Source: Botryllus schlosseri (Eukaryota). From it: a stretch of DNA of 64,000 nt. The notes beneath the pieces were generated by a model. It saw only the letters and a list, made by a program, of their open reading frames with translations. It was not told the DNA's origin and did no database searches. Location: contig CM119371.1 of assembly GCA_051294905.1 (NCBI GenBank), positions 12,898,001 through 12,962,000 on the forward strand. The letters run 5' to 3'. A program made the position numbers and the translations under genes. Positions 1-13,790 of the stretch are shown here, piece by piece; within the stretch, counting starts at the first letter, position 1, and the number at the start of each line of letters is the position of its first letter.

Positions 1-275
1 GCCGTGCCACCCCCGGTTTCCCAGCCGCTTGCGACCTCCGCCATAAGAAATAAGAGCCGCTCGCCACCCCGCCATAAGACAAAAGAGCCGCTCGCCACCC
101 CCGCTTTCCCAGCCGCTTGCGACCTCCGCCATAAGAAATAAGAGCCGCTCACCACCCCCGCCATAAGACACAATAGCCGCTCGCCACCCCGCCATAAGGT
201 ATAAGGAGCCGCTCGCCACCCCCGGTTTTCTAGCCGCTCGCGACCCCGCCATAAGAACCCCATAGCCGCGTGCGA
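1..275. repeat. GC-rich minisatellite, ~27-30 bp units with a higher-order ~87 bp pattern; truncated by window start
   Basis: Recurring gccgctcgccacccc(c)gccataaga units alternating with gcttgcgacctccgccataagaaataaga. Confidence 0.9.
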
Positions 276-731
276 CCGATCTACTATACTACTGGGGTAG
301 AGGCATGCATTTCAAAATCAAGCTATCTAGAGCAGTGGTTCTCAACTGGGGTTCCGCGGGCCCCGAGAAGCATTTTAAGGGGTCCGCGAAAGCTCCCAAT
401 ATACAAAAGGTTGATAACCGAACTTGTATTATTTTTAATTTAGAGAAATCACGAAGCACTTTCGCTTTATAACTGGTAAAATGTCAAGGGCTCACAGAAA
501 CAGAATGGCGGCGAAATGAAATATTCTACAAGGACGAGGCCATACGTTATATTGGTGCCATAGATGTTGCGATCATGCCTAAAGGTGTCGTCGGAGGCGC
601 TACGCGTTATTATTACATCCGCCACCACCTATATAGGATATAGATATATCTTTTTGGAAATGGATTTTCAGCACTCGTTCTGTCGTTCATATCAAATCAA
701 CGGCGCGTATTTTCAAGACACGGCCGCGGAC

Positions 732-1300
732 CTGGCAAGAATGCAAATCTTTGGGTACGATAAACTGTCCCCTATACAGTTGAGCAGTGGGTACATTATG
801 ACGTAACAAGCAAATGGCGCATCTTTTATAGAGTTGTTATTTCTTTAGGCCTGTTCATCGCAATCCTTTGTCTTCCAATATACTATATCTTCTAAAATCA
901 GTTCTAAGAAACAAAAAAAAGGTAATCGTGAGTAATCGTGATTACTTTTGCAAAGTAGTCGTAATCGTAATCGACTACTTCCTGATATTGCTGTAATCGT
1001 AATCGTAATCGTAATCGCGTGATTCAGAAGTAATCGTAATCGCAATCGATTACATTCATGAAGTAATCACCCCATGTCTGTCAGACATGGGGTAATCGTG
1101 ATTAGTAATCGTAATCGATTACGACGATTACAGCATTTTCAAGTAATTGTAATCGCAATCGATTACATTCGATAAAATTCCGAAGTAATCGTAATCGTAA
1201 TCGCAATCGATTACATTCGATAAAATTCCGAAGTAATCGTAATCGTAATCGACTACTTCCCATATCTAATCGATTTCTCTGTGAAAGAACGATTACTTTT
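732..1300. mobile_element. (GTAATC)n-rich MITE ends joined tail-to-head
   Basis: Right end ...gtaatcaccccatgtctg (1080) abuts left end cagacatggggtaatc (1082); the right half recurs at ~9872-10206. Confidence 0.7.
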
Positions 1301-1862
1301 TATTTGTACAAGGACTATGACATGACATGAACTGAACATTCGTTAACAAGGAAAAGATGTTATACAAGGTTCGTGACAGCACCAACGTCTGATTTTCAAA
1401 CGCCACTGCTCATTGTTACGTAATAAGCCGCCTATTAGCTTTGCGCGTCATTGTGTAAGAAGAGAAGTATTCACAGTAAATAGATATTCGATGTACCTAC
1501 GTCGTCCATTAGTCTGATTGTAATAACACCCGCCGTGCTGTATATCAGGTTATCAACGCGTTCCACACGCCACTACCTCGCAGCAGTATAATTTATCTCG
1601 GCTCTGCCTGTAGTTTAAAATAGTAACTTATGTGTTGATGTTTGGTTATGCTTATGTTTAGTTAAACACAGTTTGACCGTTGCTGCTTTGCGAGCCTTAG
1701 GCCTATCCAGTACCTACGCACACCGGACAAAGATTTGAAATTTTGTACTCGTCAAATAAAACATTGCGGTTTCCACAACGACGCAGTAAAAATCAACAGC
1801 TGGTGATATATATCATCAGCGAGCCGTTTTGCCATTTCTCGTAACGGCAGCTTGCATTACAA

Positions 1863-2218
1863 CAGTGGTTCCCAACGTGGGCGATATCGCCCCCCAGGGG
1901 GCGATTTGGCGTTCTGGGGGGGCGAAAATGACGAAGGGGGCAACAGGGGGGCGAAAATGGACAAAGGGGGCGATAGGGGGGCGATGACGCGTAACAATGG
2001 CTGACCTTTTTTTTTTTTTAGTCATCCACCTAGCAATGCGAAGCGAAAAAACGTTATTTTCAGCTCTGAGCGGAGAAAGATGACCTTTTTTTTTTTTAGT
2101 CAACCCGCCGGTGATTACAGTCTGTATGCCCAATTATCGGTGCACAAAATTTGGGGGGCGATGATCGGTGTTGACCTTGAAAAGGGGGCGATGGGTCGAA
2201 AAAGGTTGGGAACCAATG
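1863..2218. mobile_element. hAT-type MITE
   Basis: TIRs cagtggttcccaac / gttgggaaccaatg; exact 8-bp TSD cattacaa. Confidence 0.9.
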
Positions 2219-3559
2219 CATTACAATATCTGTATTAACTTGAAGGCAGAATTTTATGTTCGCTTCGTCTTATTCTCATATGACTCTACGCGCCTATCGT
2301 TATTTAATAATTCTTTACTCAACATTGGGACCTGTTGCCATGGCCATGGGCTTATACATCATGTTAGCGTGGGTTGTAGCTGGAACCAGGACCAAAACAG
2401 CAATTCGTCCCCCAGTCCAAACGTTGGTCTTTGGCCCCCGTAGGGTGGTAATCTCAAGTTGAAGACTGAATTTCGTCAAGAAATTTAGTAATTGCAATAT
2501 ATTACTATTAATTTTTAATCTTCTCTCAGCCCGCGATGTTCAGATATACCTGTAGAGTTTATCTGTTTGAGGTACACTGTAAATCCGCAAGGTCGTATTG
2601 AACACTTCATAACACTTTTTTCTGCGTACAGACACACTTTTTGGGCATATAAACGCATTGGGTCATTATCGTCGCAACGCTTCTGCGTATTTCTCCGTTT
2701 ACATGTAACACTTCGCCACTGCGGCTTATTTTCAAGAAAATATATACTTGGTAATTTATCATCAATTTTGCATTCATAAACCATCGCTACGTTTGGAGAT
2801 CACATTAAATCACGGTATATGTAAAATAATATTACTGACTTGACCCAACACTAAGTTTAAGGGTAATATTTCAATGAAATATACATATTTCCCTGTGATG
2901 CAGAGGGGTCACAACCTTCGTTACGGTAGAGCGCGCTCGATTTCAGTTTGGATTTGAATTGGTGGTTCGTCAGGCTTCAGGCAGAGAGTAGGGTACACGA
3001 AAAAACTTGGCGAAATGGATATATTGAAGCAGTTTCTGCTACCTGATGGCGTAAAGGATCATAACATCCATGTACTGTAAGGTATGGAAATGCGGTAAAG
3101 GTTATTGAATGTATGTAATGTGAGAATAGTCATAAAATTAACTCGCTTTGACATTGCAGTAACGTCGTTTGTTTTAGATGTTTTAGCAGGCTACTGATAT
3201 CCCGTATTCATATGAATGTTCTTTAGATGTTTTGTAGTATATGATTCGTCTGATATTATTGCTGGATGATCGAGCTTCGAATCTGATAATATACCAGGCT
3301 GCGACCAGGTCCAGTACTACGGTACTGATGGGAAGCTGCTATAAAAGTAACTTTTTTGACATATGGATAAAGGGATGTTCTCTCTATCCACACTGAAATA
3401 TCACTATGTAGGCGATATTGTGGTCAATTGTGGACAAGTACTCCAATGTCAGCAATTGAATGCCGGTATGACAGTCATGCAACGGTTTTGATTGTTTTTC
3501 AACTGCAACACATTTTACACTGTATGCCTACTGTTTATTCCAAGTGGTAAGGTGTTAAC

Positions 3560-4412
3560 TAAAGCGATTTTTTTTGACATGTCAAAATAGGTCAGAATTT
3601 TGTCAAAATTGTACCGTTAGGTCAAAAATTGCCAAAATTCTTTACAAAATCAAAATTTTGTTGGCAACGTGCATTTCGTTTGTATCATAAATGATTGCAC
3701 TGTCGGTGAACTTATCATTTTACAATTTACATCTTGTAGCCTACTTTATAGTCCTACCGTTGTAGACGGACCATCGTCTGCTCATTGTGAATCATTAACT
3801 GTCAAATGAAACAAATACTCAACGTAGCCTATTGCACTATCCTAACTGAAGCAAGACTGCGTGGGCATTGGTTCTTCTATTAGAAACCGTATGATGAATA
3901 ATTGCGATGTAGACAACTTTGTCATAATGAGAGAGAGAGAGAGTGCAGTGTACGCACAACTTCAGTGTTGCCGGCCAACAACTGCAGCTGGTAAACATTC
4001 TTTCTTCATTCTTGCCAAGCTACTTAGTTAGGACAGACACTTTCTACCCGAAAATGTAGCAAAGTATCTTTCGTTGTACTACAACAAATTTTTAATTATT
4101 TCTACCATAATACGAGATGTAACTAATACTAGAATTATTCATGGGTCCAGATTTCGATAAAATAAGTTCTTTTTCATGTAAAAATTTGTCAATTTTCATG
4201 CTAAAAGATTTTTTCAGGTCAAATTACTTCGGAAGAACAGACAGCTCCAGCCAGAATTAAAAATAAGTTCCGCTAATACAATTCTAACACTATGTGAGAA
4301 ACACCTAATTTAAGTACATGGCGTCAAAATTAAGTTTTTCATCATCAAAATATGTGTGAATTTGAATTTTTTAGTCAACATCTTACCTTTTTAGGTCCAA
4401 AAAATCGCCCCA
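3560..4412 (+). mobile_element. Non-autonomous hAT element with a dimerization-domain remnant; paralog at ~15728-16231
   Basis: Ends taaagcgatttttt / aaaaatcgcccca; the paralog encodes TTAAAAVERSFS, a hAT C-terminal motif. Confidence 0.6.
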
Positions 4413-6052
4413 ATAATAGCACAGCCAAACAAGCAATCTTTTCAACAAACCATGGATCACAATGGGTAGTATTTGTCTTGCCCAATCCCCAAATTTGACT
4501 TTTCTGAGTTTATTGTGATACGGTAACTGAACTAAACTCTATTTTGCAGGTAGTATGTATTGAACTGGGCACCTTTTTGAAATGCATTTGCTGTATGGAA
4601 TACTGGTAAGCATCACGGTGTTTTGTAAGTGAACTGGTATATCCTTAGAGAATGAATTTGATTCTGTTGCAATCGGTTATCTTTGTGATAAAGATTTTTA
4701 TGAATGTTTACTGGTAAAATTTCACAAAAATTGTTAACAATCCAGGAAGTATACTAACTGTGCCAGAGTAAAATTGGTGGTAACGTCATGTGCAACTTTC
4801 CATTCCATTACTCAATTATTCTATGAAATACACCCTTCTGTCACGCACAACTTATTGCAGAAAAAAAACTGTATCCAGTATGATATCTGCGTGATTACTG
4901 AGCAGTTCATTTGTATTGCGAATTTTGGCAACAAATATTTCTTTTCAATAGTCTTGGATTGATCCTCAAATTCGTTCAACTGATGTCCACTCTTTAAAAA
5001 GAGCCCCCTGGGTCTACCGTGCCTGCGCTATCAGACAATGTTGACAGTGACGTGAGGAGTCGTTCGTAACGGGTTTTGTGCCTGCACAGTCATCTTATGT
5101 GATACAGACCTTTGTCTCAAGAGCCCATGGATACATGTGATTATGTAAGCCTATTTTTTCATTTTATATATCACCATTGATTATGTAATTTCCTGGTTTT
5201 TGCCGTCCTACTTTTCTCACGAACTATCTTGCAGAGTAGCTTACGGGCTATTCGATATGAGCTGTAAAAGGCTTCATCTGTGTACACTGTACAGTACAGT
5301 GTACCCTGAACTGTGTACACTGAACACTGAACAGAGATGTAGTTGAACGTAATGAGCTCGTGTATCTTGTACTTTAACTATTGCTTACTGAACTATAATG
5401 GGCTAGGTCAGTGGTTCTAAACCTGGGGGGCTGAGCACCTCTCCTGCGCTTCTGTAACCTATCTGTGTGAAATATTTATATTTACTTCTGCATCAAATTT
5501 ACAATTTTCCTTTGTAATGTTTCGTATTTTCTAGGAGCAGCATTTGGATTTGACCAGTAAAAAAAGATCCGCCATGGCACGCCACGAATCAGGGACTCAT
5601 CAAGCCTGGGTTGCGGCTGATGGAAAGAATATGAAAAATGCCCTAATGTGCAGGTAGTATGTATTGCAATTGGCACCTTCTTGAAATGCATTTGTTGTTT
5701 AAAATACTGGTAAGCATCGCGGTATTTCGTAAGGAAACTGGTATATCCTTAGATGATGAATTTGATTCTGCTGCATTCGGTTATTTTTATGAATGTTTGC
5801 TGGTAAAATTCCACTAAAATGATTAACAATCCAGGAAAGTATGCTACTTGTGCTGTAGTAAAATTGGTGGTACGGTCACATGCAACTTTCCATTACAATA
5901 ATTATTTGTTCTATGAAAGACACCCTTTTGTCACATACAAATGTATCCAGTGTGATATCTGCGTAATACTGAATGCCGGTGACGTCATATTTTGTGATAC
6001 GATTTTTGATGTACAACGTTCTTTCGAGTTCTCTACTAGTTGCTGACGATTA

Positions 6053-6084
6053 CCCCTGACGAGTCTCAGCCGAAAATATTCGGG
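6053..6084 (+). ncRNA. Candidate minimal type I hammerhead ribozyme (Penelope-like remnant)
   Basis: ccc-CUGACGA-g(ucucagc)c-GAAA-AUAU-UC-ggg: core boxes, palindromic loop 3, 3-bp stem I; degenerate inverted copy at ~11190-11250. Confidence 0.45.
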
Positions 6085-8794
6085 CTCATTTCAATATGCA
6101 TATACTATTCAATTTTATATTGAAGTTTTGCACCTCGAAGAAGCTGTTCGAATATTGAATAGTTCCCTTGTATTGCAAATTTTTGAAACAAGTATTTTCT
6201 TTTCAACAGTCTTGGATTGATCTTCAAATTCATCCAACTGGTGTCGACTCTTCGAAGAGAACCCCTGGTTCTACCGTGCCTGTGCTAACAGACAATGTTG
6301 ATAGTGACGTGAGGAGTCATCTGAACGGATTTTGTGCCGGTGCAGTCATCTTTTGCGATAATACTTTTGCCTCAAGAACCCATGGAAACATGTGATCATG
6401 TAAGTCTATTTATTCATTTCATATATAACCATTGATCATGTAATGTGCTGGTTTTTGCAGTCCTAATTTTCTTAATAACTATCTATATATGCGATATGAG
6501 CTGAAGAGAGGCTTGATCTGTGTACATTGAACAGAGGTGTTCTTGAATGTAAAGAGCTGGGGTAACTAGTATTTAAACTACTGCTTACTGAACTATACTT
6601 GGAACATCAAATTGAGATCATTTCCCATGTCGTGCTAATTCCAAATAATTTCGTTATTAAATTTAATCAGGAAGGAAGTATTTTGAAAGATTGAGAACAA
6701 TTACAATTACTGCAATGAAGGAAAAGTATTCAACACCTTCGATAAGATGTCACAAAGTTTTTTGTACTAAAGACAATCAATGTGTCCTTTGTCTGGTATT
6801 TTTTCTCGTCTCAATTCAAAGCAGCTATAAAATCTTAGAATCGAAGTTATATGTAAAGCCTACCGTATGTCAATTATTGTAATGGAAATCCAAACCCATA
6901 GGAATAACGATTCTACTATATTTATTTTCGGATCTTGTTTGCAATCAATTACATTTTCAGCAAAACGAGGTTGATGAAGTCAACTGTCTTCTTCTCCAAG
7001 CCAAATTGAGAGACAAGCTAATACAATCCAAGACCCAAGCGCATGTCTTATTGAAACAGGTATCGTAATCTTTCTGTTTTGTGGACCATACAAATTTACA
7101 TAGACCGTTCGTAGACGTTCTGCTATAAATTTCATTCTGAGTTACAGTTCTGCATTCTCACTGTGGCCTGTGCGTCTGAATGTCAATGTAAATGTCAAAA
7201 TGGCCGAATTGAAAAAAGCGCAGACCTAATTCAAGATATTTTTATTAGTCGTTATGCGAATTTTAGTAATTCTCAGTGATAGGATTTCACATGTACCCGA
7301 GCGCCTTTCCTGCGCTTGTGTAACCTGCATGTGTGAAATAGTTATATTTATTTCTGCATAAAATTTAGAATTTTCATTGACATATTCAAAACTTTGGAAT
7401 TTAATCACATTTTCAAGGAGCACAACTTGGAGTCGACCAGTAGAAAAGAAGCAAACACCATGGCACGCCACGAATCAGAAATTGACCGATCCTGGATTGC
7501 AGCTGATGCCAAGAATATAAAACTGCTTCAGTGAAAATGAAGTATTCAGAAACATTGACGTTTTGAGCTACTATGCATTGGATTGTCATACCCTGAATGA
7601 GTGGTTCTCAAACAGGAGAAAGCATTTGAAGGGGCGTGAACCCGCTGTCAACTAAAATCTTTTTCGCACATGGCAGCTTCTACTTATTTCTCTGTGTATG
7701 GTCAGAATTTAATATTTGAATATTCTCTCATCAACAACTATTACCGTCACTGCCATCCAACTATCAGTTGGGATTTCTAGCGTTCTGGTTGCTTTTATTA
7801 ATTTCATGATACGACGATAAGGGGTGTGTGAAATTTTTTTGCTATCATAACGAAGCGTGTCCAAATATGTTCAAGAACCAGTGCCCTAACGACTTCCAGA
7901 TTTCATATTTTGCAGCAGACTGGCAAATAACAACAAAATCTTTTCTGTAAATCTGCAAAATTTGTATTGACTCAAAGAAACGATTTCTTTGTTATTTAAA
8001 CAAAAGTGATTGGCATTAACCTGATATAAATACTTGTAATGCAAGCCCAAGAATATTTTTGATGCCTGGTTAGCAGGCCCAATTTCATTAAGAGTAAAAA
8101 AATACTTTGTTACTTGTTTATCGTGGTAGTGGTAGTGAAACTGATACATTCATTGTTTGTTTATTTACAATAAAATTAGAAATTTACAAGCCATAATTTG
8201 ATCAATTTTAAATAAGTTTTATTGATTTGTGTTGATCATGTTTTCCGTTAACGGACGTAACCAATGAATTTGACTCCATGCCATTGTCACGAAAGTTAAA
8301 GATACTAAATGATATTTTGTTATCACTATCCCTAATTCCCTATGCATTCATTTTCATGATTGAACGAGTTGCATGATATTTGTAGTGAGTTTGATCTTGA
8401 ACATTTGTGATGTTCGTGATTTCATGGACTATTCCGGAAACGGTTTCAACTGCTGATCTGAATTTATGAAACCCTGTCACAGCAGCTATTGGAAATTTCA
8501 ATGTTTGCACGTATTTAATCACCCAGGTTGGGTATTATAAGCGTCATCTATTCATGAATCAATAAAATCTGATTTTAATTTGAGCCCTGCGTTCCGGTGA
8601 CTAGTCAACCAGCCACTTTGAGGCTGAACACTTTTTAGGTAAACACTTTTAATTTAAACACTTCGCAACACTTCTAGGCATTCAATTTTTGGATCACGTT
8701 TCGTGTTCAATTTTCCGGGTTGAGCAACACTTCAGAATTTACAGTGTAATCATAGTGTTTGTCGACTACCACAGACATCTACACCAGGCCGATT

Positions 8795-9010
8795 TTATGC
8801 ATTTTCGATTCCGTATCTGCCGACTTGTAGCACGGCCCACTTCTAAGCTTTTTGTAAGACACCGCTTACGTGGATGAGGCGGCGAGGAGGAGCCTAGATA
8901 AACCTCCAACACTTAGGTAGGAATTCCGAAGTCGACCTCGTTCAGACTCGAACCCGCAACCCATTGGTGTTGCAGCCGTCGTGGATTATATCACTGCGCT
9001 ATCTCGCCAC
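8795..9010 (-). mobile_element. tRNA-derived SINE
   Basis: Minus strand has A-box-like tggcgagatagcgcagtg and B-box ggttcgagtc; body shared with 13592 and 57328. Confidence 0.75.
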
Positions 9011-9871
9011 ACAATTACCTACCTGTAGAGCTGGGGAACGTAATTCATGATTATGACCTCTGGTTTCTTGTTATAATTACTTTAGTGTTTGTTCTTAATT
9101 CGTGACCTCCGGTTTGTTATATAATCAAAAGATATTGCAGTGGCTCAAGCGTAGCAGACTAAAAGAAAAACTTTCGTGAGACGCATAAACAAATTGTCAT
9201 GTCTTTATATCTGACTGCATGTCTAGCAACTCAAGTTGTAAATTACTATAGGGTCAGTGGCCACATTAACTACAATAGGACTTGAAAACATTTTCATCAT
9301 GGTTAAAAAGCATTCATTCAATGCGGCCGTTGAACTTAACAATCAAGTCAAATAATCCATTGGTTTACTGGTCAGATAGCGTTGTAAAACGTGTTGTAAC
9401 ACCGCCTGCACTTAGTTAAGTCTGGTGAGGAGCAGACTTAAATTTGAGTGCCGATCCAGACGCATTTGAGTGTGAGCATACTTTTTACGTAAGTTGAGTA
9501 ACGAGATCGTTGCTGAGTAGAGAATCGCTATACTCGACACCAAAGGAATTGGTCTTCACCCTAAATTACAAACTCCAGATTCCAAGCAAAGCAAGTGAAA
9601 TTTTTTAATATCAATTTTTTTGTTATAGATTGATTTTTTATTATTTTTGTTGGATTTTCCAACGTCAAGGGGAGCCGCAAGTTTATCTAGCTGAGAGCCA
9701 CATGCGGCTCTCGGACCCGCGGTTTGCAATCATTGATCTAGAGAGGATTTTCAGGTTAATTAGATCTCTCGAAAATACTCTTACTTATGTTGGTTTACGA
9801 AATACTTTTTGAGTGCCCTTCGAACTCGCTCTCCACCCTATTGGGAAATTTGGGGTGCGGCAGTTATGGCC

Positions 9872-10206
9872 CTGGCAAGAATGCAAATCGTTGGGCGCGA
9901 TAAATTGACCCCTATGAAAATGGGCAATGGATACATTATGACGTAACCAACCAATGACGCATCTTTTTTAAAGGGAGTTTGTAATCTCATTAGGCCTTTT
10001 CAGCGCAATCCATATATTGTCTTCCAACATAGCTTCTAAGATGCAAAATAAATGTAATCGTGAGTAATCGTGATTACTTTTCCAATGTAATCGTAATCGT
10101 AATCGACTACTTCCTGATTTTGCTGTAATCGTAATCGTAATCGCGTCATTCAGAAGTAATCGTAATCGCAATCGATTACATTCATGAAGTAATCACCCCA
10201 TGTCTA
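9872..10206. mobile_element. Right half of the (GTAATC)n MITE
   Basis: Near-identical to 732-1080, ending caccccatgtcta. Confidence 0.75.
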
Positions 10207-12239
10207 TTCACAATTCAGGCCAACCGACGATACATGTTTTTTAATTTTTTTAATGGACGATTCGAACTGAAACGACTCACTTTACAATATCCGCAACTTA
10301 AAAATTGAAACACGGCCCGCATGCCGCATGCGGTCATATTTGGCGGCCCGCGACTTGATTTTAGATTTTAGAAGAAAGCTAAGAAAAACATTCGGAAATG
10401 CTGAAATCGACTACAGTTTCAGCATATGGTTGTTGTTGTTGTTTCAAAATAAGCTATCAGTATTCGCCATACTGGAGCCTTCTAGACCTTTTTGTCAGCT
10501 CTCAAAATCGATTTCTCCCAGCAAGCATTTTTCACTCGTGAAAAATATGTTGTATTTTGGATAGGTGTGCCGGGCAGATTTCAAGACCTGGCCATCCAAG
10601 CACTAAAAGACGTTCTTGTACAAAACCCAACAACTTATTTGTCCAAGGAGGGTTTCAGAGAAATTGTTGAAAGCAAAACGAGGAAAAATAGTAGCCTTTT
10701 TAATGAGACAAATTATAGCATAAGATACATAGTAGCGAATTTGTTGGAAATTTGAACAAATGAATGTTGGCTTTTCATTGCCTTTTTGTATGATAATTTT
10801 CGGTTAGTTTGTGCGAATGAATTTTATTTTACAAGAGAAGTGCGAATGAAGCTCGAAAGGGTTGAAAACATTGGTATACACTATTTTCGAGATCATTTCA
10901 AGGTTCTTATTACAACTATTGGGTACGCCCTCGGCCTCGTGCATTCATGAACCGTAAAAATAACATATCACATCAAATATAGTAAATACTGCATTCATGG
11001 AGACACTAATTTTTGCGAAAGTCGTGACGTAAATTTTGAATGTCGTAATTAAAGTATTTTATTGTGATGAATGAATGAATCTCGAGGTTATAGAACTTTC
11101 GAACTTTGTATCCCTATGACATATATCTGTAGAGCTTCTTTGAGGTACCGAACTTTAATATACAATTTTAAAAGTATATTATTATTGGAATGAGCCCGAA
11201 CGAATATTTTCAGCTGGTACTCAGCAGGGGTAATCGTCAGCAACTATTAGTTCAATTCAATATGGATAAACTATTCAATTGTATACCCAATCTGTACTGT
11301 TACGCCATTTTTCTTTGACACCACCATAACGTCCCTGCGCCCACCATATCGCCCCTGAGTGTTTCCGCCCCATTCCAAATACAAAAAGCCCCCAGGGGGG
11401 CGGGCGACATGGTTATGAGCCCCTGTTTTTGAGTATTCCACTTCCAACTAATTACGTTTACGATTCGATTTTAAAAAGTTTAAAGTTATTGGGATAGGTT
11501 ACATCACAATTTTTCTACTGCGATAACTTCGCTTCTAGCATTTGGAATTGATCCAAATTTGACATGCATCATCTCTACCGATTGTCAAACAATTTTATGA
11601 GGTCGACAAAAAAAAATTTATATTTTCATTTTTTTTTTATCTTTTTATGATAAATTTAAAACTTTCTACTGCAAGAATATCGCTTCTTCTGGTGGGAATT
11701 GAGCCAAAGTTGGTGTACAGCGTCTTTTTACCCAACCTAACAAGTTTATCAAGTAGCCGGTGAAATCTGAAGGAAAAGTTTTTTTAAACAGTTCTAATGA
11801 GCACGCTTTGAAAGCTTCAAAGAATTTTAATAACAATCCTGCCGGCGTCTTCGGACCAATCAAGAGGCCCATAGTTGAATTTCATTGGAAAAAGGTAAAA
11901 CAGACATAAGTAAAGCAGACATTTTGTTACTTCGACAGAAACTTTTCTCATTTTCCATTTCATTTTATGCTATCACACTCCCTTTACAAAACTTGATCAA
12001 GGTCATTCGGCCAATGTGCATAAAACTCCACCCACTTCCAAAAATAGTGCATACCGACGGACTTGTACAAACGGCTGGGCTTTCGAGATGCGTAACTAGA
12101 AATAGAACTACAGCCACGAAAGATCTACAACTAACCATCTAGATTGCATGCGCTGTCTATTGTCGACAAAAACAGTATGAAAATGTGATAAGTGCAAATA
12201 TGTACATTCCATGCAACCAAAAAGAATATTGCCCGTCAA

Positions 12240-13357
12240 CGTCTTCGTTCTTTGAATCCGAAGATCTTTTGTGGAAAAACGTACGTAGGTGTTGTACAGA
12301 CGGAACCCCTGCTATGTTAGGAACCCGATCTGGATGTCAAGCTCATGTTAAGATACAAAGTCCGAATGTAAAAGGTATTCACTGTATGATTCATCGTCAT
12401 GCGCTGGCTTCTAAAACGCTTCCTGCTCCATTACGCGAAGTTCTTGATCAGGTAGTTAAAATAGTCAACTTCGTTAAAGGAAGTGCTCTTAACTCCTGAT
12501 TATTGAAGAAACTATGCAATGATATGGATGCAGATCACCAGGTACTTTTTTTTCATACGAGTACTCGTTGGCTTCCAAGGGTAAATGTTACCCAATGTGT
12601 TTTCGAGCTGAGAAACGAGCTTAAATTATTTTTTGATGTTCAAAAGAAATCGGAATTTGTTTCATTGCTGAATGATGATGAATGGATTAGACGTCTTGCT
12701 TATTTGGTAGATATGTTTGGTCAATTGAATAAACTAAATCTGAAGACGCAAGGGAAAAACACCAATAAATTACTATTTAAATACGCTTTGAAAGCTTTCA
12801 CCAGCAAACTGGACAACTGGAAGAGAAAAGTTCGATTGAGCAATGTTGCAATGTTTGAAGTAATATCATCAGTCATGGTTGTTGATGGAGAGGAACAAAT
12901 TATTCCAGAGATGGAAAAAGAATTGATTTTGCAACATCTGGCGTCAGTGGAATCTGAATTCATTCGATATTTTCCCGAAATTGATGACGATGAGCTTGAT
13001 TTAATCCAATGTCCATTCACATTGCCGGTGGAAAAAGTTCCCGATAAGTTGCAGGATGAATTTTTAGAACTCAAAACGGATTCTCGCGAAAGAGACTTGT
13101 TTAGGGAAAAATCAATTACCGAATTTTGGCCATTGATGTTTGAATCATATCCCAAAGTGGCCGAGAGAGCTATTAGAACTATACTTCCGTTCGTCTCCAC
13201 TTACCTATGTGAATCAGGATTTTCAACGCTTTTGCAAATGAAAACAAAGCAAAGAAACAGGTTAAACGTGGAGAATGATATTCGCTGCGCTCTGTCCAAT
13301 ACTCTTCCACGCATTCAGGAGTTGTCGAAACAAAAGCAATCACAAGCTTCACACTGA
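12240..13357 (+). pseudogene. hAT (Buster/Charlie, ZBED8/SCAND3-like) transposase, 5'-truncated with an internal stop
   Basis: TDGTPAM, IHCMIHRHAL (CxxH), TRW, FVSTYLCESGFS dimerization motif; right TIR ggttgggaaccactg ends at 13591. Confidence 0.9.
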
Positions 13358-13591
13358 TTGTTATATGGAATGCCTCTTATATTTTGAACACATTCATTGA
13401 ATAAAATTCGATTCAGCAATGATCATGACCATCAACTTTAGTACAAAGAGACTAAATAGCTTATAACCAGTGAGAAATACATTAAGATATTCAATGCCAA
13501 CCCCATTTTAGCAAACTAAATTTTAGGGCGGGAATTCAATTCGAATATCGCCTAAAAGGGGAAAAAGCACAAGAAAGGTTGGGAACCACTG

Positions 13592-13790
13592 AGTTACGGC
13601 TCGAGTCCGACCGAGGTCGACTTCTGAATTCTTATACACAAATGTAGGAGGTTTATTTAGGCATCTCCTCGCCCGCGTAATCGGTGTCTTACAAAAAGCC
13701 TGGGAGTGGGCCGTGCTAGAAGTTGGCAGTTACGGAATAAAAATCAAGAATATCGGCCTGGTGTAAATGACCATAGTAGTCGACAAACAC
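13592..13790 (+). mobile_element. tRNA-derived SINE, 5'-truncated at the hAT terminus
   Basis: Matches the reverse complement of 8795-8960. Confidence 0.7.

Larger units (their letters stand above)
2572..8790 (+). repeat. Copy A of a diverged ~6 kb segmental duplication; contains an internal tandem duplication (~4545-5400 and ~5648-6600)
   Basis: Colinear with 14712-21560 from tacactgtaaatccgcaaggtcg through gttcaattttccgggttgagcaacacttc. Confidence 0.9.

Noticed and set aside
1..275. CRISPR-like array
   Set aside because: The intervening segments are themselves repeated rather than unique spacers; eukaryotic context and no cas genes.
8940..9010. tRNA gene
   Set aside because: A/B boxes are attached to a repeated SINE body in three copies, with no clean cloverleaf.
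12185..13357. Host ZBED8/SCAND3 gene
   Set aside because: Truncated, has an internal stop and an adjacent hAT TIR.
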